Positions 15,124 to 22,716 of a stretch of 32,585 bases of DNA are shown piece after piece; the first letter of the stretch is position 1, and every line of letters begins with the position of its first letter. The notes beneath the pieces are model-generated. The model was not told the DNA's origin and did no database searches. It was given only the letters and a program-made list of their open reading frames with translations. A program made the position numbers and the translations under genes. Origin of the DNA: Planctomycetota bacterium. GTDB taxonomy: Bacteria > Planctomycetota > UBA1135. The stretch spans positions 1 to 32,585 of the forward strand of contig JAQBVK010000001.1 of assembly GCA_027623585.1 (NCBI GenBank). Direction: 5' to 3'.

Positions 15124-16254
15124 TCAGCGTAAATCGCGGCGGTGATCGGGGGCGACCGGGACGGAACTCTTGAGCAAATCCTCGTAGCAGGCGCGCACGC
15201 GTTGCACGTAGTCGTGCAGACGCGGTAACCAATCGAGCGCCAGCGCCTGCGGGCCGTCGCAAAGCGCTTGATGCGGATCAGGATGCAGATCCACCAGCAC
15301 CATGCTCGCGCCGGTGAGAACGCCCTGGCCCGCAGCATGAAACATTTCCGGGATGCCGTCGGGCATGATGCGCAGGCGCCCCACGCTGTGGCTCGGATCC
15401 ACGCACACCGGCAGCCGCGTTTGCGCGCGCACCACCGGCACGTGCGCGAAGTCCACTAGATTGCGATGCGGATCGCCAAGGTGCGACTTCACCCCGCGCA
15501 GGCAGAACACGATGTTCGGTTGCCCCTCCGACGCGACGTACTCGACCGCGTTGAGCGATTCCTCGAGCGTGATGCCCATGCCGCGTTTGAACAGCACCGG
15601 CAGCACCTTCTGCTGCCCCGCCGCCTTCAACAGCTCGAAGTTCTGGGCGTTGCGCGTGCCGATCTGCAGCATCACCCCGGTCGCTTGGCCGCTGGCCTCC
15701 AGCGCCGCGCGAATCTCTTCCATGTGACGGATGTCGCATACCTCCATCGACACCACGCGGATGCCGTGTCGTCCTGCCGCTTCGAACACCCACGGCAAAC
15801 AATCCTTCCCCAATCCCTGAAAGTCATAGGGTGAAGTACGCGGCTTGTAGGCGCCCATCCGCGTCGTGCGCAGGCCCATCGCCGCCACCGCGCGCATCGT
15901 CGCGTCCACGTGCTCGAGGGTGTCCACCGCGCACAACCCCGCGCACAGCACCACTTCGCTCTCGTCGAAGCGCACGTCGTTGTAAGTGAAGCCCACTTCG
16001 GCTTCGGTCGCGCCGTGCCGCCCGATCAGCCGGTACTTCTGCGACACGCGCACCACGCGCCGCACCGCCGGAAGATCCGCGAATAGCCGCTCCGGCACCT
16101 TCTGCGTGTCCCCCACCAGATGCACCTCAATCACTTCGCCGCCGGCGCCGCTGAAGCGATGCACGCGCGGCGACACGCCCTCGAAGCGCAGCGCCTGCTC
16201 GACCACGAAGTCGGCCGCCTCGCGCGGCGCGTTGGCCTTGAGGGTGATGATCAT
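15124..16254 (-). CDS. aroF: 3-deoxy-7-phosphoheptulonate (DAHP) synthase, type I-beta, with N-terminal ferredoxin-like/ACT-like regulatory domain
   Basis: GAYKPRTSPYDFQGLG, LQIGTRNAQNFELLKAAG and VCVDPSHSVGR. The N-terminal ~75 aa (MIITLKANAPREAADFVV...) forms an extra domain. The ATG overlaps the tyrA stop (ATGA at 16251-16254). Confidence 0.9.
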   Translation of the reverse strand: MIITLKANAPREAADFVVEQALRFEGVSPRVHRFSGAGGEVIEVHLVGDTQKVPERLFADLPAVRRVVRVSQKYRLIGRHGATEAEVGFTYNDVRFDESEVVLCAGLCAVDTLEHVDATMRAVAAMGLRTTRMGAYKPRTSPYDFQGLGKDCLPWVFEAAGRHGIRVVSMEVCDIRHMEEIRAALEASGQATGVMLQIGTRNAQNFELLKAAGQQKVLPVLFKRGMGITLEESLNAVEYVASEGQPNIVFCLRGVKSHLGDPHRNLVDFAHVPVVRAQTRLPVCVDPSHSVGRLRIMPDGIPEMFHAAGQGVLTGASMVLVDLHPDPHQALCDGPQALALDWLPRLHDYVQRVRACYEDLLKSSVPVAPDHRRDLR

Positions 16255-17327
16255 GAAGCGTTTCTCGCCTGATGCGAGCGGGAGAGGTTCATCACCGAGC
16301 GGAAGATCTCCGCCACGGCTTCCGGATCGAGACCGAGCGCGGCGGCGCCTTCGCGGCGGGCCGCCAACAATTCTTCCTCGCGTCGCGGATCCCGCACGCC
16401 GCGCCCGACCTCGGCCTTGGCGCGTCCGGCTCGCAGTGCGATTTCGGCGCGTTGCGCGAGCAGGCGCAACAACTCCTGATCCAATTCATCGATCCGCTCG
16501 CGTGCTGCGCGCAAGGGCGGCGGCGCATCGCTCAACTCGGCGAGCCGCAGCGCCTCGCCCTCCTCGTGTGCGCGCTCTCCCGGCTCCGGCGGTGCGCGTA
16601 GCGCGGCGTCGGCGGATTGCAGCGCGTCGAGCAGCCGCGCGCGCGCTTCGTTCGCATAAGGATTCTCGCGATGCAAGCTCGCGTACAACTGCCCCGCATC
16701 CTCGCGCGCGCTGCGCACGGTGCGCGCGATGCCGCCCACCGAAGGCGGCGTCCATGCGCTCTCCAAATCGAAGCCGCAGTCGAGAAAACCCTTGGCCACG
16801 AAGAAGGCCAGTGCGTGCGAGTGCGCCATCGCGCGGTCGTGCTCCTCCGGGTCCATGCGCAGGGTTTCGCAACCGAGCGCGCGCCAGAACTCATCGGCGC
16901 GAGCCACCGCCGCTTCATGCCGCGCGCGCGGACACAGCACCACGCGTAGCGGACGCTCGCCGAGTGCCAGACTCACCGGTCCGAACAACGGATGCGTGGC
17001 CGCCCACGGCACCGCCGCGCCGAGCACGGCTTCGAGCGCCGCCGTCGGTCCGCTCTTCACCGAACCGACTTCGATCACGAGCGTCTCCGCAGCGAGATGC
17101 GGACGGAGTTCGCGCAGCGCGGCCTCCGTGTTGGGCACCGGCACGGCGAGCAGCACCGTCTTGGCGCCGCACACGGCTTCCTGCGCGCTCGCCGCTGCCA
17201 CAGCGTCGGGCATCCGCGCGCGCGGATCCCAAGCACGCACGCGCACGCCAGATTCCAGCAAGCGTTCCCCCACCGCGCAGCCGAAGCGGCCCCAGCCGAT
17301 CACCGCCACGGGGCCGAGGAAGTCCAT
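16251..17327 (-). CDS. tyrA: Bifunctional prephenate dehydrogenase (N-terminal) - chorismate mutase AroQ type (C-terminal)
   Basis: VAVIGWGRFG Rossmann fold plus a TyrA-like core. The C-terminal ~90 aa (LRAARERIDELDQELLRLLAQRAEIA...RDPRREEELL...EIFRSVMNLSR) is AroQ chorismate mutase-like. ATG at 17327 is preferred because a purine-rich AAGAAGGGTGAG lies upstream; an alternative GTG lies at 17339. Confidence 0.85.
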   Translation of the reverse strand: MDFLGPVAVIGWGRFGCAVGERLLESGVRVRAWDPRARMPDAVAAASAQEAVCGAKTVLLAVPVPNTEAALRELRPHLAAETLVIEVGSVKSGPTAALEAVLGAAVPWAATHPLFGPVSLALGERPLRVVLCPRARHEAAVARADEFWRALGCETLRMDPEEHDRAMAHSHALAFFVAKGFLDCGFDLESAWTPPSVGGIARTVRSAREDAGQLYASLHRENPYANEARARLLDALQSADAALRAPPEPGERAHEEGEALRLAELSDAPPPLRAARERIDELDQELLRLLAQRAEIALRAGRAKAEVGRGVRDPRREEELLAARREGAAALGLDPEAVAEIFRSVMNLSRSHQARNAS

Positions 17328-17350
17328 CGGGCTTCTCACCCTTCTTTATC

Positions 17351-17399
17351 GGCCAAAACCGCTCCTCGCCTAGAATGGACTCGTCCAAGGGCCAAAAGC
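17351..17399 (+). repeat. Direct repeat GGCCAAAA(C/G)C at 17351-17360 and 17390-17399, flanking a TAGAAT hexamer (17371-17376), in the 61-bp divergent tyrA / radical-SAM intergenic region
   Basis: Read directly: cGGCCAAAACCgctcctcgccTAGAATggactcgtccaagGGCCAAAAGCcGTG. Confidence 0.4.
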
Positions 17400-17400
17400 C

Positions 17401-18279
17401 GTGCTGAAGTACGAAGGCACTCTCTACCGGCCGCCCTCCGAGGCGGATTCGCTGATCCTGCAGGCCACGATCGGTTGCTCGTGGAACCGCTGCAGCTTCT
17501 GCGCGATGTACCGCGACAAGAAGTTCCGGGTGCGGCCGCTGGAAGAGTTGAAGGCGGAGATCGCGCGCGTGGACGACGCCTTCGGCGCGCCGGCCAAGGT
17601 CTTCCTCGCCGACGGCGACGCGCTGATCGCGAAGGCATCCTTCCTGGAAGCTTTGCTCGATCACCTGCGCGCGACCTGGCCGAGCCTACGCCGCGTTTCC
17701 TGTTACGCCTCGCCGCAAGCGCTGCAAGTTCGCAGCGTTGACGAAATGGCGCGGCTCAAGAACAAGGGCTTGGGCCTGTACTACCTCGGCATCGAGTCCG
17801 GGGATGACGAGGTGTTACAGCAACTCGACAAGGGCGTCGACGGCGCCGAAATGACGCGCGTCGCGCTCAAGGCGCAGGAAGCGGGAGTCAAACTCTCCAC
17901 CATGATCCTGCTCGGCGCCGGTGGACGCGCGCGTTCGCGCGAGCACGCGCTGGCTTCGGCCGCGGTCGTCAACGCGATCCAGCCGCGCTTCGTCTCCACT
18001 CTGGTGATGACGCCGGTCGAAGGCACCCCGCTCGCCGAGCAGGACGCGCGCGGCGAAATGGATCACCTCGACCCGATCGAACTCGCCGCCGAGTTGCGCG
18101 TCTTCCTCGGCGCGCTCGACTGCCGTGGCACCATCTTCCGCAGCAACCACGCCAGCAACTGGCTGGCATTGGCCGGCACCCTGCCCAAGGATCAACCCGC
18201 GCTGCTCGCCGGCCTCGACCGCGTGCTCGCCTCTCCCGAAGCCGTGCAGTTTCGCCCCGCCTGGGCGCGCGGGCTGTAA
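17401..18279 (+). CDS. Radical SAM superfamily protein of unknown function (cysteine motif spacing CX4CX2C)
   Basis: GTG at 17401. YRPPSEADSLILQATIGCSWNRCSFCAMY, with a GIESG-type SAM-binding segment (YYLGIESGDDEVL). 292 aa. Confidence 0.75.
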   Translation: MLKYEGTLYRPPSEADSLILQATIGCSWNRCSFCAMYRDKKFRVRPLEELKAEIARVDDAFGAPAKVFLADGDALIAKASFLEALLDHLRATWPSLRRVSCYASPQALQVRSVDEMARLKNKGLGLYYLGIESGDDEVLQQLDKGVDGAEMTRVALKAQEAGVKLSTMILLGAGGRARSREHALASAAVVNAIQPRFVSTLVMTPVEGTPLAEQDARGEMDHLDPIELAAELRVFLGALDCRGTIFRSNHASNWLALAGTLPKDQPALLAGLDRVLASPEAVQFRPAWARGL

Positions 18280-18296
18280 TCGGTTACACGGAGCCC

Positions 18297-18818
18297 TCAG
18301 CGCTTCGCGTTCTTGCGGCCTTGGCTGCCGCTCGACTTGGTGGCGCGAAAGGATTTGCGCTTCTCGGGCTTCTTGAGCTCGTCGGGATAGATCGGGCGCA
18401 GGCCGTGCACCTGGTAGGCAACCCGGAATTCTTCGAGCGTGGTGCCGTGCAGCACGCGGTCCACTTCTTCGCGCACCTTGACCAGCTTGTCGTGCATCGG
18501 GCAAGGATTGCCCATGCCGCAGGTGCCGGCGCCGAAAGGGCACTCGTTGCTGAGGTTCTCGCGCTCGAAAAGCGTGAAGATTTCGAACACGCGGATCTCG
18601 CGCGGATGCCGCGAGAGGCGGAAACCGCCGCCGGGTCCGCGCGAACCAATCACAAATCCCGCCTGCGACAGCGTGGTCAGGATCTTGCCCACGAAGGGCC
18701 GCGCCAGCCGACGGTTGTCGGCGATGTCGATCGCGGAGAGACGCGTCTCTTCGCCGTCATAAACTTCGGCCAACCGCGTCATGGCGGCGATGGCGGTTTC
18801 GGTGGCTTTGCCGTACAT
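18297..18818 (-). CDS. Rrf2-family (IscR/NsrR-like) transcriptional regulator with a basic C-terminal tail
   Basis: N-terminal wHTH: AIAAMTRLAEVYDG...IADNRRLARPFVGKILTTLSQAGFVIGSRGPGGGFRL. Cys cluster: CPFGAGTCGMGNPCPMH. Lys/Arg-rich tail: KKPEKRKSFRATKSSGSQGRKNAKR. Confidence 0.85.
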   Translation of the reverse strand: MYGKATETAIAAMTRLAEVYDGEETRLSAIDIADNRRLARPFVGKILTTLSQAGFVIGSRGPGGGFRLSRHPREIRVFEIFTLFERENLSNECPFGAGTCGMGNPCPMHDKLVKVREEVDRVLHGTTLEEFRVAYQVHGLRPIYPDELKKPEKRKSFRATKSSGSQGRKNAKR

Positions 18819-18834
18819 CGGGTCTCCGTGCTCT

Positions 18835-18858
18835 CAGAACAGAAAGTAGACGGTTCTG
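18835..18858. promoter_or_regulatory. Inverted repeat CAGAAC-N12-GTTCTG straddling the candidate -10 box (possible Rrf2 auto-operator)
   Basis: CAGAAC at 18835-18840 and GTTCTG at 18853-18858 are perfect reverse complements. The candidate -10 box (18843-18848) lies between the arms. Confidence 0.35.
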
Positions 18859-18871
18859 GCGATAATATCAA
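18843..18871 (-). promoter_or_regulatory. Candidate sigma70-type promoter of the Rrf2 gene: TTGATA-17 nt-TACTTT
   Basis: The minus strand reads cTTGATAttatcgccagaaccgtcTACTTTctgttctgagagcacGGAGacccgATG. This is the only AT-rich patch in this stretch, and a GGAG lies 6 nt before the ATG. Confidence 0.4.
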
Positions 18872-18886
18872 GACCTTTGGATCGGT

Positions 18887-19801
18887 TTATCCGCCGAAGC
18901 CGCCCGGAAGGAATGGGGTGCCTGGACCCTCTTCCGGAAACAGGACGTCGGCGTGGACGGCCACGGCCACCAGGATCAGCGCCAGAGCGATCATGCTCGC
19001 TAAGGTCCAACGCGCCAGGGTGCGCTCGCGGCCCCAGTCCCCCGCGTGGGCCCAATAGGCGAGCAGGGCGAAGGGCGGGATCAGCGACCAGAAGGCCATC
19101 GCCCGCTTCCTGTGGGCCAGGAAATCGCGGATGGCGACCAATTGGTAGCCGAGGCACGCGGCGACCGAGAGTCCGGCCAGCCCGAGAGAGGCCGGGCCGA
19201 GCGCCGTTGTCGCAGGCTGATCGACCCGGGTCAGAAAGAGGTCGAGCAGGATCACCGCCCACACCCCGGCCAAGAAGTGCCAATAGAGGGCGTTGCTGCG
19301 TGCGGTCCCGGCGGCGCTCTGCGAGCCCGCGCTGGCGCGCTGAAGCGCGACACCCATCCAGACCATGCCGCCGATCACGTGCAGCGCGTGCAGCAACGTC
19401 AGCAGGTAGAAGTTGAATTCATAGAAGGAGATGCGCGCGCCGCGCGGACGACCGCTGAGCAGAACGCTCCAGTTCCAAGTCTGGCCGGCGAGGAAGAGCA
19501 GGGAACAGACGCTCGCCGCGAGCAAGGCGTTGCGCGCGGCTTTCCCGCCAGAAGCCGAGGCGATGCGCGCGGCGCGCTCGGCGAAGAAGGACAGAAACGC
19601 GAGCAGCGCGGTCGTCAGCCAAACGCCGGGCGGCAAAGCGGGAACATTCTCCGACCAGTTGGTGGCCTGATCGCGAAAGAACCAGGTCGCGACCACGGTT
19701 GCCGCAAACAACACGGACAAGGCGACCAGGAACAGCAGTAAACCGAAGGAGCCGACTCCCGTTGCGGGGGAGCCGGCTCTTGCGGGTTTGAGTTCGCTCA
19801 C
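18887..19801 (-). CDS. Cytochrome c oxidase subunit III-like membrane protein with an extra ~100-aa C-terminal 3-TM extension
   Basis: FYLLTLLHALHVIGGMVWMG and NALYWHFLAGVWAVILLDLFL resemble heme-copper oxidase subunit III helices. The start is assigned to GTG at 19801, just after the coxIV stop; the ORF-track ATG at 19966 would overlap coxIV by 163 nt. The start is uncertain. Confidence 0.6.
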   Translation of the reverse strand: MSELKPARAGSPATGVGSFGLLLFLVALSVLFAATVVATWFFRDQATNWSENVPALPPGVWLTTALLAFLSFFAERAARIASASGGKAARNALLAASVCSLLFLAGQTWNWSVLLSGRPRGARISFYEFNFYLLTLLHALHVIGGMVWMGVALQRASAGSQSAAGTARSNALYWHFLAGVWAVILLDLFLTRVDQPATTALGPASLGLAGLSVAACLGYQLVAIRDFLAHRKRAMAFWSLIPPFALLAYWAHAGDWGRERTLARWTLASMIALALILVAVAVHADVLFPEEGPGTPFLPGGFGG

Positions 19802-19803
19802 TA

Positions 19804-20160
19804 CTACGGCTGAATTTGATCGGCTCGGTAGGCGTCCACGTTGGCTTGGTACTGGCCGAGGTCGAGTACGCCGAAGGCGAGGAACAAACCCAACAGCATC
19901 ACCGCAAACAGGAAGATCATGCCGTTGAACTTCCGATCCCAGTAGAGGTGCATGAAGATCAGGCACACGATGCTTGCCTTGACGGTGGCAATCAGCATCG
20001 CGACCGCGAGGTCGAAGCCGTGCAGATCCATCTTGCCGGTGACGACCGTGAGCCCGGTCAGTCCGAGCAGGACGATCAGCACTGTCGCGAGCAGGCCGAG
20101 CGAGACGACGTGCGGGCCTTTGTGCTCGCAGTGTTCTTCGTGAGAGTCGTGATTGCTCAT
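19804..20160 (-). CDS. ctaF: Cytochrome c oxidase subunit IV (prokaryotic caa3/aa3 small subunit family)
   Basis: Three TM segments with ATVKASIVCLIFMHL, typical of this family. Position is directly after subunit III. The N-terminus is His-rich (MSNHDSHEEHCEHKGPH). Confidence 0.8.
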   Translation of the reverse strand: MSNHDSHEEHCEHKGPHVVSLGLLATVLIVLLGLTGLTVVTGKMDLHGFDLAVAMLIATVKASIVCLIFMHLYWDRKFNGMIFLFAVMLLGLFLAFGVLDLGQYQANVDAYRADQIQP

Positions 20161-20170
20161 CGCAAGTCTG

Positions 20171-20932
20171 CTACCGGATCAGGTAGAGGAGCGGGAAGAG
20201 GAAAATCCACACCAAGTCAACCAAGTGCCAGTAAAGGGCGCCGAGGTCCACCGGCGTGTAGTACTCAGGCGTGATCTTTCGTCTGAGGACCTTGATCAAG
20301 ATCAAAGTCAGCAGCACCATGCCGGCTAGCACGTGGATGCCGTGGAGGCCGGTCAGGCAGAAGTAGATCGCGAAAAAGATGCTGACGTCGCGGCGCTGAT
20401 CGTTGGACAAGTCCTTGACTGCCGCCACGCCGGCCTCGGGCACGCCCTCGTTCCAGGCGTGACTGTGTTCCTTCACCGCATCCAGAATCATGAATTGGTT
20501 GTGCTTGAAGATGGAGTGCTCCGCTCCGCCCCACAACAATCCCTCGTGATATTTGTGCGAGTACTCCTTGTACTTGATGCCCATGAAGGTCGCGGCGCAG
20601 AGCAGCGTGATGATCAAGTTCATGATCAGCAGCTTGCGCTGGCCGAGCTGCGCGTTGCGCACGCCCCACGCGACCGTGAAGGACGAGAGCAACAGCACGG
20701 CGGTGTTCGCCGCGCCGAGGTTGGTGTCGAGGTAGTTCGACGCGTAGGCAAAAACCTCCGGATGCAGCGAGCGGTACGACGTGTAGGCGACGAACAGCGC
20801 GCTGAAGAACAGCACCTCCGTGAGCAGGAATACCCACAGACCCAACTTCGCGGAGTCGAATTGCTGCTCCGAGGTCTCGAAGTGGTGCTGGAGGTGCGCG
20901 GGGCCGTGGTGGGCGTGAGCGGTGGCAGTCAT
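20171..20932 (-). CDS. ctaE: Cytochrome c oxidase subunit III
   Basis: HLQHHFETSEQQFDSAKLGLWVFLLTEVLFFSALF, FCLTGLHGIHVLAGM and ALYWHLVDLVWIFLFPLLYL. AGGAG lies upstream of the ATG. Confidence 0.9.
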   Translation of the reverse strand: MTATAHAHHGPAHLQHHFETSEQQFDSAKLGLWVFLLTEVLFFSALFVAYTSYRSLHPEVFAYASNYLDTNLGAANTAVLLLSSFTVAWGVRNAQLGQRKLLIMNLIITLLCAATFMGIKYKEYSHKYHEGLLWGGAEHSIFKHNQFMILDAVKEHSHAWNEGVPEAGVAAVKDLSNDQRRDVSIFFAIYFCLTGLHGIHVLAGMVLLTLILIKVLRRKITPEYYTPVDLGALYWHLVDLVWIFLFPLLYLIR

Positions 20933-20942
20933 CGCGCGGCTC

Positions 20943-22703
20943 CTACGGATGGAGGTTGGTGTGAGCGACTCCAGCCTTCAGCGAGGCTCGGTAGTCGTAC
21001 ATGTTCGGATCGGAGGCCATCGGCTTGGCCGGCACGAATCCGTCTAGCTCGTTCTTGTATTCGACCAAGCTCACGTCGTAGGGGTCGCCGACTTCCGGCG
21101 GATCGCCCTCGAAGTTGTGCTCGGGCGGCGGACTCTCCGTCATCCACTCGAGCGTGACTCCGCCCCACGGGTTGGCAGGTGCCGGCCGGCCGCGCGTGAT
21201 CGCCTGAATCACCGCGATCAGAGTCAGGACCATGCCGACCAGGATGAACGCCGCGCCGATCGAAGACCACCAGTTGTACACCGCGAACTCCGGGTCGTAA
21301 TCGAAGTAACGTCGCGGCATGCCCTTGGTCCCAGCCACGAACTGCGGCAAGAAGGTCAGGTTGAAGCCGATGAAGTTAAGCGCCCAAGTGATGCGGCCCA
21401 ACTTCTCGCTGGCCATGCGGCCGTACATCTTGGGCATCCAGTAGTAGATGCCGCCGATGAAGGCGAAGATCGCAGAGCCCACCATCACGAAGTGGAAGTG
21501 CGCGACCACGAAGTAAGTGTCGTGCAGGTGGATGTCCACGCCCATCGTGGACAGGAACAGACCGGTGAGACCGCCCACGCCGAACAGCCAGATGATGCTC
21601 AGCGCGTAGAGCATCGGCGTGGCGAAGGAGATCGATCCTTTGTAGAGCGTGCAGACCCAGTTGAAGACCTTGATCGCCGATGGGATCGCCACCGCAAAGG
21701 TCAAGAACGAGAAGATCGTGCTCATCAAGGGCGATTGCCCGGAGAGGAACATGTGGTGACCCCAGACGATGAAGGAGATCACCGCGATCGCCAGCGAGGA
21801 CATCGCGATCGACTTGTAGCCGAAGATCGGCTTGCGGCTGAAGGTGCCGATCAGTTCGGACATCACCCCCATCGCCGGCAAGATCATGATGTACACCGCC
21901 GGGTGCGAATAGAACCAGAACAGGTGTTGGAAGAACACCGGGTCGCCGCCCAGCTCCGGCGTGAAGATGCCGATCTGCATGGTGTATTCCACCAACAACA
22001 GCAGCATCGAGATGCCGATCACCGGCGTGGCGAGGATCTGCAACACCGCGGTGGCGTAGATCGCCCACAAGAACAGCGGCATCTTGAACCAGATCATGCC
22101 TGGCGGTCGCAACTTGTGGATCGTCACCACGAAGTTGAGGCCGGTGAAGATCGAGGAGAAGCCGAGGATGAAGGTGCCCAGCGTGGCGAAGATCACCGCC
22201 TTGCCGGCGCTGCCCGTGCTATAGGTCGGGTAGAAGGTCCAACCGGTGTCGAGGCCGCCGACCGTGAAGGTCAGGATGAAGCAAATCGCGCCGAGGATCC
22301 AGAGGTGGAAACTGAAACGGTTCAGCCTGGGAAAGGCCACGTCCTTGGCGCCGAGCATGATCGGCAGCACGAAGTTACCGAGCGCGGCTGGGATGCCGGG
22401 AATGATGACCAGGAAGATCATCACCGCGCCGTGAACCGTGAACATACGGTTGTAGGCGTCCATCTTGGCGAGCGCCGTGGCGGCGGGGATCAGTTCCGGA
22501 TCCCAGATGTTGGTGTCCGGCGTCGCCAGATTCCATCGGATCATCATTGCGAAGAATCCGCCGAAGGCGAACATCGCGAAGACTCCCCAGAGGTACATGA
22601 GCCCGAGCCGCTTGTGGTCGATGGTCCAGAACCAGGACCACCAGCCTTTCTGGGCGTTCAGGTAGTTGGTGCGCTGCAGCGCGTTGGAGGCGGGGAAAAT
22701 CAT
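20943..22703 (-). CDS. ctaD: Cytochrome c oxidase subunit I (heme-copper oxidase catalytic subunit)
   Basis: WFWTIDHKRLGLMYL, FFMVMP-type segment, WGHHMF, and HDTYFVVAHFHFVM. 586 aa. GGAG lies 7 nt before the ATG. Confidence 0.95.
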   Translation of the reverse strand: MIFPASNALQRTNYLNAQKGWWSWFWTIDHKRLGLMYLWGVFAMFAFGGFFAMMIRWNLATPDTNIWDPELIPAATALAKMDAYNRMFTVHGAVMIFLVIIPGIPAALGNFVLPIMLGAKDVAFPRLNRFSFHLWILGAICFILTFTVGGLDTGWTFYPTYSTGSAGKAVIFATLGTFILGFSSIFTGLNFVVTIHKLRPPGMIWFKMPLFLWAIYATAVLQILATPVIGISMLLLLVEYTMQIGIFTPELGGDPVFFQHLFWFYSHPAVYIMILPAMGVMSELIGTFSRKPIFGYKSIAMSSLAIAVISFIVWGHHMFLSGQSPLMSTIFSFLTFAVAIPSAIKVFNWVCTLYKGSISFATPMLYALSIIWLFGVGGLTGLFLSTMGVDIHLHDTYFVVAHFHFVMVGSAIFAFIGGIYYWMPKMYGRMASEKLGRITWALNFIGFNLTFLPQFVAGTKGMPRRYFDYDPEFAVYNWWSSIGAAFILVGMVLTLIAVIQAITRGRPAPANPWGGVTLEWMTESPPPEHNFEGDPPEVGDPYDVSLVEYKNELDGFVPAKPMASDPNMYDYRASLKAGVAHTNLHP

Positions 22704-22716
22704 CGGGGTCTCCGCG

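Noticed and set aside
15986-17407. 473-aa plus-strand ORF across aroF/tyrA
   Set aside because: Extremely Arg/Pro/Ala/Ser-rich with no motifs, and antisense to two genes that have clear enzyme signatures.
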